From: Abditibacterium sp.
Lineage (GTDB): Bacteria; Armatimonadota; Abditibacteriia; Abditibacteriales; Abditibacteriaceae
Direction of reading: 5' to 3'
Assembly (NCBI GenBank): GCA_965199495.1
Contig: CBDASK010000003.1
Span: forward strand, 4,288,001 to 4,352,000
Length of the DNA stretch: 64,000 nt
Made by a program: the position numbers and the translations under genes
Notes under the pieces: model-generated
What the model was told of the DNA's origin: nothing
Database searches by the model: none
What the model saw: the letters and a program-made list of their open reading frames with translations, nothing else
Shown: piece after piece, positions 21,189 through 34,783 of the stretch
Layout: every line of letters starts with the position of its first letter
Numbering within the stretch: position 1 is the stretch's first letter

Positions 21189-21274
21189 TGGGAGCCGAGG
21201 GAATCGAACCCTCTCAGCCGCAAAGGGCACGATTTTTACAGAATCGTTCAACTCTCCAACGTTGACGCGCTCCC
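21189..21274 (-). tRNA. tRNA-Tyr(GUA), atypical, CCA not encoded
   Basis: GGGAGCG...TCAAC-GTTGGAGA-GTTGA, ACGATT-CTGTAAA-AATCGT, long variable arm, GAGGG-TTCGATT-CCCTC-GGCTCCC-A. Confidence 0.82.
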
Positions 21275-21295
21275 AAAATGTGGGAATTGGAGAAA

Positions 21296-21380
21296 AGGAA
21301 GGCCCAGGAGTCGAACCCGCAGGCGATTAACCCGGCGCTGGTTTTCAAGACCAGATGGCGTCCACACGCCGCGACCTTCC
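21296..21380 (-). tRNA. tRNA-Ser(UGA) with 8/4 tRNA-Sec-like fold, CCA not encoded
   Basis: Acceptor GGAAGGTC/GGCCTTCC (8 bp), T stem CGGG/CCTG (4 bp), D arm GGCGT-GTGG-ACGCC, anticodon arm CTGGT-CTTGAAA-ACCAG. Confidence 0.82.
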
Positions 21381-21406
21381 GAGTGGAACTTTAAAATTGG
21401 GTTGGG

Positions 21407-21452
21407 AAAAACAAAAAAGCCCGCCATCGAGACTTCCTCAATGGCGGGCTTT
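21407..21452 (-). terminator. intrinsic terminator/attenuator in the leader of the tRNA-TROVE operon
   Basis: AAAGCCCGCCATTGAG-GAAGT-CTCGATGGCGGGCTTT followed by TTTGTTTTT. Confidence 0.8.
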
Positions 21453-21473
21453 GGGCGCGGACGGCGCAGTGAT

Positions 21474-21611
21474 TTAAAACTGCCGTCGCGACTGAACCGA
21501 TGAGGAGGAAACCAAATTTTGGTTGCGATAATCGCCGCGCTGTGATGTTCTTGGCGACAAACGGACGAATTCACAATGGGCGCTCGGTTTGGATTCGAGT
21601 TGATGTTTCAT
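21474..21611 (-). CDS. candidate 45-aa leader peptide
   Basis: AGGAGGT 12 nt upstream of ATG; ends ...LVSSSSVQSRRQF-stop. Confidence 0.5.
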   Translation of the reverse strand: MKHQLESKPSAHCEFVRLSPRTSQRGDYRNQNLVSSSSVQSRRQF

Positions 21612-21680
21612 GGAAATGGCTTGACCTCCTGTCGGAAAATTCATGGCTGTGATTGGTCGCCGATATGGCGACGGAGAAAC

Positions 21681-21709
21681 ACTTTACTGGGGTTTCAAAG
21701 CGTTGTCAA
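21681..21709 (-). promoter_or_regulatory. sigma70 promoter of the tRNA/TROVE/Y-RNA operon
   Basis: TTGACA-N17-TAAAGT. Confidence 0.75.
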
Positions 21710-21807
21710 GAGTTTTGACGAAATATTTTTTTGGATTCGTCTGTTTTGAACGCGCGCGGTTTATAACCGCCCGTTGAGTCCGGCATTTTTCGTCGTTTCG
21801 CTAACAA

Positions 21808-21845
21808 CAAAAAAGGCGCCACAATTTGTGGCGCCTTTTTTGTTT
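21808..21845. terminator. bidirectional intrinsic terminator
   Basis: AAAAAAGGCGCCACA-ATT-TGTGGCGCCTTTTTT. Confidence 0.8.
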
Positions 21846-21853
21846 CCGACCTC

Positions 21854-22207
21854 TTAGCGATGCTGTTTATCGTGCTTCTGTTTGTAGATGTCGCGGCTGG
21901 TGCGATTATCGCGACGCTCGATATTGAGGCGTTCGCGCTTGGTGAACTTATCGCCCGACTTGCGATCTCGTGCCTCGATGCGCGCGATGTTGGCTTCGCG
22001 CTTTTCCAACTCGGCTGCCTCATGGTAGGTCAGCGAACCGTGGTGGACGCCCGCGTAGATGCGCTTTTGTTGGTTGGTTTGACGGGCGTTGATGTTGTGG
22101 TGATGTTTGTCGGTGTCCGCTTGGGCGGGCGCGCTTTGTAGAGCGGTGGCGGTCAGAACGCCCAAAAGAGCGATGCCCGTGAGAGCTTTGGTGATGGTTT
22201 GTTTCAT
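21854..22207 (-). CDS. small secreted helical-repeat protein
   Basis: Signal peptide; NINARQTNQQKRIYAGVHHGSLT repeat pattern. Confidence 0.8.
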   Translation of the reverse strand: MKQTITKALTGIALLGVLTATALQSAPAQADTDKHHHNINARQTNQQKRIYAGVHHGSLTYHEAAELEKREANIARIEARDRKSGDKFTKRERLNIERRDNRTSRDIYKQKHDKQHR

Positions 22208-22323
22208 CGTAATTTACCTCGTTTTTTCAAGTCGCCGGTTGATGCTTTGGCGCGACTTGTCCTGCTTAGACGACGCCACAATTCCGCTTGTTCGCGACGC
22301 AATCTGGCGTAATCTGAAGTAAT

Positions 22324-24249
22324 CTAACGGCTCGTCTTTTTGTCCATCGTCATGCCGTCCATCGTCATGCCATCCATCTTCATGCCCGCCATCGCGTCGT
22401 TACGATCCAAACGCGACGGGCGCAGGCGCAAGAATATCTGGAAACCGGTGTGACTGCTGCCGCCATAAATCGCGTCCAAACCCGCCGGATTGGTATTGAA
22501 CGTGACCTGCGCGCCTGCGCCAATATCAATGCCGTTGTTGTGTTTTACGTCATGGACATAGCCAAACGCATACGAGCCGACGCCGAACAATTTTCCGTCG
22601 TATGGTGCCGCCAAAACCAGTTCATTGCCTGATTTTTGCACGCGCTCGAAGCGCGCGTAAACCGTATCGGCGCGGCGTTGATAATTCGTCTCGAACAGAT
22701 ACGCGTTGCTGCGACCTTCGCCGGTATCATTGTTCTGGCCCCACACCAGCGTATTGGCCCAGTTGCTATCGCGGCCCAGTGGCTTGTTGAAAATCACCGA
22801 AGCCGTCGTGCGATGGCGATTGAGATTCGGCTCCAACGTTTCGGGATGCTTGAGATAGCCGTGCGAAACCTGCAAAGCCAAGTCGCGCGTCGGGTTCCAC
22901 GAGACGCGCCCGCTAAACGAATCGAGGCGCGGCGTGTCGAAACTATAACGGTTCTCGTCGGGTTCCTGCCCTTTGAAAGTGCTGGCCTCAAACTTGAGTT
23001 TGCCCGTCGAAACTCCCGCCGTCACCACGCCAAACGCGATATGTGTCGAGTCCTGCCAGTGATGAGAAATCGGCGCATCGGGATTGTCCATGCCCGAAAT
23101 ACGGTGCATGAAAACCGGCGGCCCCAGCGCCGGTTCGCCCGGCAAACCCAGATATAGATAGGCCGAGTTGCTCTTGCTCAACTTGCGCGAATACGTCGCC
23201 GATAATTCGCTGAGCAAATCGTGCGGGTGTTGCCGGTCGTGGAGCGGCTGGCTTTTGTAACTCTCGCCGCTCTGATAAAGCAACGGATAGCCATAACCGC
23301 GCTCGATAATCGGGTCGAGGCTGGTCATCAGGCGCACGCCGATTTGCGCATTTTTGCCTGCGGGCTGCGAGGCCATCGCCATAAACATCGAGGGCGCATC
23401 GAAGCGGCTGTTGCCGCCTTGCCCCGAAGCAGCCACGTCGCGTTTGCCACCAATTGTGGTATAGCGCGGAAAAATATCGCCGTGCAGCATCAACATGCGG
23501 TCGCCCTTCATCTTCATCGCGGCGTAAATCGGCGAAGAATCGGGCACCCACGAAGTGCCCGAACTCTCGCGGCTCATTGGATCGCCCAGATCAACCGACG
23601 AACGCATCGCCATCATCGCGTGCGCGCCGGGGATTTTCATGGCGGGCATCGCGCCCATATCTTGCATCGGCGCGGTCTTGGCATCCGGCGTGGCTGCTTC
23701 GCCGACCAGAATGGTGCCGAACATTCCGCCTTTGGCATGGCCGCGCACGCTGCAAAAATAACGGTAAGCGCCCGGCGATGTCGCGCGTATCGTCATTTGT
23801 TCGGCGGAATACTGTTCGTCATTCTGGTGCGGCAACTTCGCCGAGCCGACGGCGCCCGTCATATCGGGCGCGATGGCAAACGGCGGCTGGGCCGCGCTCA
23901 AATGAATGTCGTGCGGCATATCGTCGTCGGTGTTGACGAAGGTAATATCGAGCATCGCATTCGCGGGCACGACAATCGTCGGATTGCGCGCGCCCTGAAT
24001 GCGGTAGGACAGCATATCGTCTTCGGGGCCGGTGATGGCGACCAGATGAATCGTGGGCGCCACAAAGGTTAGAGTGGTTTTATCGGCGGAAAAAACGCCG
24101 GGTGTTTGCGCGGTTTGCGCCTGCGCCAATTGGTCGGCGCTCAGCGTTTTGGGAATGTGCGAATCGAGCGCGAACGGCGCGTCGGCCCGCGCGGCTGCGG
24201 GCAAAGCGAGAGTGAGCGCCGCGAGGGCGACGCTGGTAAATGTGTGCAT
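22324..24249 (-). CDS. secreted cupredoxin-domain, Met-rich, probable outer-membrane barrel protein
   Basis: PHD...YFCSVRGHAKGGM type-1 copper ligands; Met-rich linkers; alternating-residue C-terminal region. Confidence 0.75.
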   Translation of the reverse strand: MHTFTSVALAALTLALPAAARADAPFALDSHIPKTLSADQLAQAQTAQTPGVFSADKTTLTFVAPTIHLVAITGPEDDMLSYRIQGARNPTIVVPANAMLDITFVNTDDDMPHDIHLSAAQPPFAIAPDMTGAVGSAKLPHQNDEQYSAEQMTIRATSPGAYRYFCSVRGHAKGGMFGTILVGEAATPDAKTAPMQDMGAMPAMKIPGAHAMMAMRSSVDLGDPMSRESSGTSWVPDSSPIYAAMKMKGDRMLMLHGDIFPRYTTIGGKRDVAASGQGGNSRFDAPSMFMAMASQPAGKNAQIGVRLMTSLDPIIERGYGYPLLYQSGESYKSQPLHDRQHPHDLLSELSATYSRKLSKSNSAYLYLGLPGEPALGPPVFMHRISGMDNPDAPISHHWQDSTHIAFGVVTAGVSTGKLKFEASTFKGQEPDENRYSFDTPRLDSFSGRVSWNPTRDLALQVSHGYLKHPETLEPNLNRHRTTASVIFNKPLGRDSNWANTLVWGQNNDTGEGRSNAYLFETNYQRRADTVYARFERVQKSGNELVLAAPYDGKLFGVGSYAFGYVHDVKHNNGIDIGAGAQVTFNTNPAGLDAIYGGSSHTGFQIFLRLRPSRLDRNDAMAGMKMDGMTMDGMTMDKKTSR

Positions 24250-24359
24250 GATAACTTCGGTTTTGAGTGGATTGAACAAAATAGGCGCGCGCCTATTTGA
24301 GGCGAGACGCGCGAAAGCCAAGGCCAAAAGCGGGAAAACTCACTTTTGGCGTGAAGTTA

Positions 24360-24791
24360 TCAGAAGGGTGGGGCGCGCGACGAAAAGCGGTGGGCGACTA
24401 ATAAATGCGGCGGCCCATGAATCGGCGGTGCGAAATCGCAGCGCATCCAAACCGGCGCCCGCAAATTTATTGTAGGCGCGAAAACAAGCGCGCCAACATC
24501 GAAGCGAACCGAATTCGCGCTGGAATCGGGCGCAACCGCAGCGACGGCAGCCGCGACTTCGCAGTGGCAGGAAGTTTTCGCCGGACGATGTTTGCGGCAA
24601 CAATCCCGCGAATGATCGGACGCGCGCGCAGCGGTTTCGCCGCAGTGCGAGCAAACCATAACGCGCGCCGTGGCTGCTGGCGCCGCGCCACTAAAACCAC
24701 AAGCACAAGCCGAAATCGGAGCCAGCGCCATCCAAAAAATGGCGACGAGGGACAGCAAAGTTCCCAACCGGTTCCAGCGCGAAATGTTCAT
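24360..24791 (-). CDS. DUF2946-like Cys-rich leader protein ending in RAPP
   Basis: N-terminal TM, CAC, CSHC, CC, CHC; C-terminal HGPP and RAPPF. Confidence 0.7.
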   Translation of the reverse strand: MNISRWNRLGTLLSLVAIFWMALAPISACACGFSGAAPAATARVMVCSHCGETAARASDHSRDCCRKHRPAKTSCHCEVAAAVAAVAPDSSANSVRFDVGALVFAPTINLRAPVWMRCDFAPPIHGPPHLLVAHRFSSRAPPF

Positions 24792-24956
24792 AACTTAGGG
24801 CGAGCGTCGTTAGTATAAGATACCCCAGCCCCCTATGAATATTTCGCGTTGATTTTAACTCAAATTGAGATTTGAACGGCACGCTTTGAACAAGTGGCTT
24901 TTTCTTCAATTGGGTTAGAGTTACTGGTTTGCCGACAAACTCAAGAACCCCAGACA

Positions 24957-25595
24957 TTAATAATCTTTGCGCGCAATTTTCCACGACGAAACCATCCAAC
25001 CGCCCGCTTGCTTTTGCAGCGTGGCGGCGCCCGTCCCGATTTTCTTGAGTGACGGTTCGTTCGACGTATTTTCCGGCCCAATCCAAAACACGTTGAACCG
25101 CACGGCGACGCGACTTTGGCCCGTCATTTTTCGATTGGTCACGCGAACGTAAGGCCGCTCGTGCATGGTGTTCGAGGTGTTATAAAACCAGCCCAACTTA
25201 TCGCCGCTGAGATGGGCCGTGCTGTTGAGTTCGGTGAGTTTCCACTGTTGCAGGTCTTGTCCCGTCCAATCTTTGACAAATTTCTTCGCCATCGCGCGCA
25301 TGATGAAGCCATCGTAATTTTTCTGGTCGTGACCTTTGGTATAAGCGTCGGGAAACTGGCCCCACAGCGCCTGATCTTGCACCCAATTCATCAACTGAGT
25401 TTGCGAAAGCGGCTTGGCCGCCGAGAAGTCGGGCACATCCACCAAATAATTGAGTCGTTGCTCGATTTGTCGATGGCTCAAAGCCGCCGTGGCTGCTGGT
25501 GTGGGCTTATGAGTTGGTTTCGCGTGCGCGACAAACTGCGGAATTATGGCGCTGGCGATAACCAATACGTAACCAACCTTTTTGAAGAATTTCAT
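24957..25595 (-). CDS. secreted hypothetical protein
   Basis: Signal peptide, GGAGG SD. Confidence 0.75.
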   Translation of the reverse strand: MKFFKKVGYVLVIASAIIPQFVAHAKPTHKPTPAATAALSHRQIEQRLNYLVDVPDFSAAKPLSQTQLMNWVQDQALWGQFPDAYTKGHDQKNYDGFIMRAMAKKFVKDWTGQDLQQWKLTELNSTAHLSGDKLGWFYNTSNTMHERPYVRVTNRKMTGQSRVAVRFNVFWIGPENTSNEPSLKKIGTGAATLQKQAGGWMVSSWKIARKDY

Positions 25596-25741
25596 GGTTT
25601 ATTTCCCTCCGAATTAAGCTAAATTTTAGCACAAAGATTCGCTCGACATCAGCCACGCTGCCGACCAACAGAAAGATTAATGAACCGATTGTCGAAATAG
25701 TCGGAAAATTAAGTTAAAATCAAATATTGAAGGAATTTAAT

Positions 25742-25981
25742 ATGAGCAAAAAAGACAATTTTAGCGACCAGTTAGAAGATATTCAGGCGGTGCGCGCGCA
25801 CCTGTCGCAGCAACTTCAGGGCGTCGAAAATGCGATGGGCGGTGCGGGTTTCATGACCGCTTACGCCGAAGTCGTTCACGCCTACGTCCGATTGTGCGAA
25901 GTCGAGCGCGGGGCTATCGAAGACGCCGGCGATCCGCCCAAAGCGACTGCGACTCCGCGCGGTCGCTCCAACGCCGATTGA
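25742..25981 (+). CDS. small hypothetical protein
   Basis: AAGGA SD, 79 aa, followed by a terminator-like hairpin. Confidence 0.65.
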   Translation: MSKKDNFSDQLEDIQAVRAHLSQQLQGVENAMGGAGFMTAYAEVVHAYVRLCEVERGAIEDAGDPPKATATPRGRSNAD

Positions 25982-26050
25982 AGGCACAAAAAGAAGCGGC
26001 GGCCCGATTCATTTGAATTGGGTCGCCGCTGCTTTTGAAAAATTATGGGA

Positions 26051-26456
26051 TCAAATATTGTCATCGAAATCGCTCGGAATATCTTCGGCTTCAATCATCG
26101 AAAGCGCGTTCTCGTCTATTTCCACCAAAGCAACAATCCGATTGGCGTGACGCTGCATCACTTGCTCAAAGATATTGCGCGCCAACCGAGCGTTGCCAAA
26201 TGTCTCGTCTCTCCGCTCGGTGAGCGATTGGACAAGCCCCAACACTTTCTCGCGCGCTGATGCAGCCACGTCGAACCCGGCCTCGGTGCAGAACAGCTCA
26301 AATATCTCGACAAGTTGCAGCGAATCGTAATCGCTAAAGTTGAAGTATTTGTTGAATCTCGACCGCAAACCCGGATTGGAAGCCAAAAACGTCTTCATCT
26401 TGCCGGTATAGCCCGCAACGATAACGATTAAGTCGTCGCGATTGTCTTCTATTTGC
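26051..26456 (-). pseudogene. C-terminal fragment of a CbbX/SpoVK-type AAA+ ATPase
   Basis: VIVAGY, NPGLRSRF, FGNARLARN present; Walker motifs and a start missing. Confidence 0.75.
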
Positions 26457-29351
26457 TTACATCGGCGCACTCATGCAATCATTCGAAAAGAACGCGGTAT
26501 CTTTGGCCCACTTATCGGGTAAACCGGGCGCGATGATAGATTGATTCGCAGCCTCATGTGCGGCCAATTCGCCGTTGAGCGCGAGCAGAAACGCGAGCGG
26601 TTCGTCTTTGGCGTTCATGCCGTAGGCCGCGCGCACCGCCGCGTCGAGTTTGTTCTGCGCCGTCGTGAGCGGATTTTCGCCCGGCGCCTCGGCGTGCCGA
26701 TAGAGTTCGCGCAAACTCCATTTGTTCTCGTTCATCACGCGATGACGTAGCGCCCGCAAGTCGCGCCCGGCAGCAGCCACGTCCAACGCCTGTTTCCGCG
26801 TCGGCGATTGCGGCCAGCCGAAAGAATCAAATACCGTGTCGGATGTATAACGCCAATCACTCTTGAGAGTAGAGCAACGCGCACAGAACCAATCCCAATG
26901 TAAATCCGACTGAAAGATTCCAAAAGAATAATCGTCGGCGAGAGGGAAAACAGAAAGCGCATCGCCGGGATTGATTTCGGGCGACACAAAATCGAAAATT
27001 GGGCGCTTTGTTACACGGACGCACACAATATAACGTGGAACAGTAGCTAATTTCCTCATCAACTCGCCGCGATTACGCCAATGCTTCCACCATTTTTTCG
27101 CATGGGTCTGACGCGGGCCTTTGTCCTTCCCCGTCGTTTTCTTCTCACTTTCTGCTTTCTCTGTGACTGTTGGTAGAACTTGTTCTCTCACTCGCGCAAA
27201 CAATTTCTTGTAGGCAGCAGCACCGAATTGATCGCGATCTCCGAAGTCAATAATGTAGCGGAGCGGTTTCATGGGATGTGTGCCGAGCAAATCGTCTCCG
27301 ATCAGATAAGGCCGCACGACATCAGAATTGCGTGGTTCAGTGAGTAGATTATGCGCTTCGTCGGGTGTCAACAGAAAACCTTCATGACCCTGAGTTTGGC
27401 CTTGATAACAAGCACCAGATTTGGCATTTGCTTTCAATTTGATGGCGCTCGCTACATCGAGCGACTCGGATAAGGATGACGAAATGAATGGAAGCTCGCG
27501 CAACTCGAACGGTGAGTCAACGCGATCTCCAACTTGCCAAGAGAGCGCGAAAGGGCCGTTTGCTGAACCCTTAATCCAGTTAGCGAGCGAGACATAGACA
27601 GCGGCATCACCTGACCAAACTTGGGTTCCAACTGCATTGGTAATGGTGCCGCCGTTTGCAACGATGTAATCAAGTCCGCCTACACGAGAAAAATTCTGGC
27701 GAATGGTGTTAGTGCCGACCAATCCCGCTCGCTGACCCGCACGAAGATGGTCGTGAGCGCGCCGAAACCAATAAACGCAGAAATCGGCGCGGCCCGGCAC
27801 GTCGGGATATTTCTCTCGCACGCGCGCCACATAATCAGCGCCGAACTCGGTTGGCATATTTGTAAAAGATTGAAACGGCGGGTTGCCCACGATGCAATCC
27901 ACGCGCGGCCAAGGGGTAAATAACGCGTCGGCGCACACGATTTGTTTGTCCAGATTATCGAGCGGCAGCGCCTCGTCCCAGTCGGGCGGGAGCGGCGAAT
28001 CGCCTTTTTGCGCGGCGACGCGCATCTCGGAAACCGTCAACTCTTTGGCGATCATCAGCGTGACGCGCGCGAGTTCGACCGACAGCGAATTGGTATCTAT
28101 CCCATGAAACTGGCGCGTCGAAACGCTGGGCGCGTGCGCCAGATAAGCCAACGTCTGCGCCTTATCGAGTTGGTGCAAGCGTTCGAGCAATTGCAGTTCG
28201 AGCCGCTTGAGTTCGCGGTAGCCGACATAAAGAAAATTGCCGCCGCCGCACGCTGGATCGAGCACGCGAAACGCGGTGATTTCGCCGTGCAGCGCGCGCC
28301 CAATTTCCCAATCGGCGATTTCGTCAATGCGCGCGCGCCACGGCGCAACAATCGTCGGCCCGATGATTTTATGCACATCCAGTTCGGACGTAAAATGCGC
28401 GCCCAAGACGTGCCGCTCGTCTTCCTCGATGCCGCTTTGGAACAGCGTGCCGAAGATGGCGGGCTGCACCTTGCTCCAATCTTCGCCCGCCGCTTGCGAG
28501 AGTTGGGCGGCGTAACCGCGCTGAATTTTGGCGGGCATCTTCAGTCCGTCAAACAAGCCGCCATTGAAATAAGGCACGTCGGCGAAGCGCCCGCCGCCCG
28601 CGCGAGTGGGCGAATTCATCTGGCGAAACAGACCATTAAACAGGTCGTAGCGAAACGCGTCGTCGTCGGATTTCTCGGCGTCATCGAGCAAGCGCGAAAA
28701 GAACCCGCGCGGCAAAAGTTCGGCGTCTTCGGAAAACATCGCGACGACGCACGCCAGAATAAATCGCTGCGCCTCTTCGCGGGTGTAATCTTTGGCGCGA
28801 CTCAAATCCTTCATCACCGCCGTCACGAGGCGCGCCGCCTTGCGCGTCACGTCCACGCGATTGCTCTTAAAGCGCGGCGTGGCTGCTATCGGCTGCAAGA
28901 AAAGCAGCGCGTCGAGATTGCTCGGTTTGTTCATCGCGGCGACGGGAATCACGTCAACCGGTTCGTCTACTTGTAAGTCGAAATCGTAAATCCACAGCTC
29001 GTCAAAATTGCACAGAATTACATAACGCGGACGATTGGGCGCCAGATGAATCCAGTAATCGAGCGCTTGTTGATAAACGCCGCCCAACGCGACGCCGCGC
29101 TTTTTCATTTCGATCAAAACGCGTCCCGGCCACACCAAGTCGGCGAAACCCTTGGCTTTGCCCACGCGCGCCACGCGCTCTTCGAGCGTGGCGCCCGCTT
29201 CTTTATAACCGCCGTGTCCAAACGCCTTGAATAATCGGTCACAGAAGACTTGCGCTTCGCCCTTTTCGTCGCCTTTGAGCAAGCCCGCATATTGGATAAA
29301 TTCAGCGACGCCTTTGGTTAAATCGGAAGCGGATAAGTTGGTGGAATTCAT
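26457..29351 (-). CDS. MmeI-like Type IIL/IIG restriction-modification enzyme
   Basis: N-terminal AD...IEMK nuclease motif, YFNGGLF, LDPACGGGNFL, GNPPF, C-terminal TRD and LDAAVRAAYG. Confidence 0.9.
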   Translation of the reverse strand: MNSTNLSASDLTKGVAEFIQYAGLLKGDEKGEAQVFCDRLFKAFGHGGYKEAGATLEERVARVGKAKGFADLVWPGRVLIEMKKRGVALGGVYQQALDYWIHLAPNRPRYVILCNFDELWIYDFDLQVDEPVDVIPVAAMNKPSNLDALLFLQPIAATPRFKSNRVDVTRKAARLVTAVMKDLSRAKDYTREEAQRFILACVVAMFSEDAELLPRGFFSRLLDDAEKSDDDAFRYDLFNGLFRQMNSPTRAGGGRFADVPYFNGGLFDGLKMPAKIQRGYAAQLSQAAGEDWSKVQPAIFGTLFQSGIEEDERHVLGAHFTSELDVHKIIGPTIVAPWRARIDEIADWEIGRALHGEITAFRVLDPACGGGNFLYVGYRELKRLELQLLERLHQLDKAQTLAYLAHAPSVSTRQFHGIDTNSLSVELARVTLMIAKELTVSEMRVAAQKGDSPLPPDWDEALPLDNLDKQIVCADALFTPWPRVDCIVGNPPFQSFTNMPTEFGADYVARVREKYPDVPGRADFCVYWFRRAHDHLRAGQRAGLVGTNTIRQNFSRVGGLDYIVANGGTITNAVGTQVWSGDAAVYVSLANWIKGSANGPFALSWQVGDRVDSPFELRELPFISSSLSESLDVASAIKLKANAKSGACYQGQTQGHEGFLLTPDEAHNLLTEPRNSDVVRPYLIGDDLLGTHPMKPLRYIIDFGDRDQFGAAAYKKLFARVREQVLPTVTEKAESEKKTTGKDKGPRQTHAKKWWKHWRNRGELMRKLATVPRYIVCVRVTKRPIFDFVSPEINPGDALSVFPLADDYSFGIFQSDLHWDWFCARCSTLKSDWRYTSDTVFDSFGWPQSPTRKQALDVAAAGRDLRALRHRVMNENKWSLRELYRHAEAPGENPLTTAQNKLDAAVRAAYGMNAKDEPLAFLLALNGELAAHEAANQSIIAPGLPDKWAKDTAFFSNDCMSAPM

Positions 29352-29390
29352 GTTTTTTAGAGTGGGTGTTTGGTGTCACAGAAGCTGCTT

Positions 29391-29630
29391 TTAACCATTG
29401 AAGTAAGTCAGAGTCTGAATAGGGCCATACTCGCGCTCCATCATTTCCCAACGTTCGTTCAAATTTCGTTCGCTGAGAAATCGGTCGAATAAATCGCGAT
29501 TTGCATCCAAGTCAATCGGTTTCATATCTTCCATTGCTCGTGCGGCAGGGACGCGCTTGTTCTCGACTTCGCCGTGTAACCAACCGAGAAAGACGCGGTG
29601 CATCTGATTCATGTCTTGAATTTTTTCCAT
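29391..29630 (-). CDS. small hypothetical protein
   Basis: Open frame downstream of a hairpin; start uncertain. Confidence 0.4.
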   Translation of the reverse strand: MEKIQDMNQMHRVFLGWLHGEVENKRVPAARAMEDMKPIDLDANRDLFDRFLSERNLNERWEMMEREYGPIQTLTYFNG

Positions 29631-29726
29631 GAAGTCAAGTGTCGTTTTCCCTGATGCGTCGCGCAAGCAAAATCTTCCCACGCAAATAAGAGGGCCGCTT
29701 CCGATAGAAGCAGCCCTCTTCTCATT

Positions 29727-29879
29727 TCAACTTTGCTCCCTTCCTTCACGAACGATTTCAACAATCTCGTCGGCAGAAATCTCAACATCCACGCCTTCAA
29801 TGTCGAGCGGGGAGGAACTGAGTTCTGCTTCACTACTGTCGTCAAATTTTTCTTCCTCTTTTAGTCCATTCTCGTCCAT
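29727..29879 (-). CDS. small acidic protein (antitoxin-like)
   Basis: AAGGAG SD; SPLDIEGVDVEISADEIVEIVREGRE. Confidence 0.5.
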   Translation of the reverse strand: MDENGLKEEEKFDDSSEAELSSSPLDIEGVDVEISADEIVEIVREGREQS

Positions 29880-29944
29880 TTTTAGTCTCCTTATCTCGAA
29901 GTTTAACCCGCCTTGAGCGCGCAACTTCCAACGAATTTACAAAC

Positions 29945-29979
29945 AAAAAAAGGCCGCTTCCATCGGAAGCGGCCCTTTT
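29945..29979 (-). terminator. rpoC terminator
   Basis: GGCCGCTTCC-GAT-GGAAGCGGCC followed by a T-tract on the minus strand. Confidence 0.8.
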
Positions 29980-29992
29980 CTATTCGACCAAC

Positions 29993-34768
<4,776 letters not shown>

Positions 34769-34783
34769 GATTTATGTGTCTGT

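Noticed and set aside
21296..21380. selC (tRNA-Sec)
   Set aside because: Anticodon is TGA, not TCA; the fold is 8/4, not 8/5; no selA/selB nearby
21248..21574. 108-aa ORF
   Set aside because: Runs through the terminator and both tRNAs; only its WFPP segment is kept as an alternative leader signal
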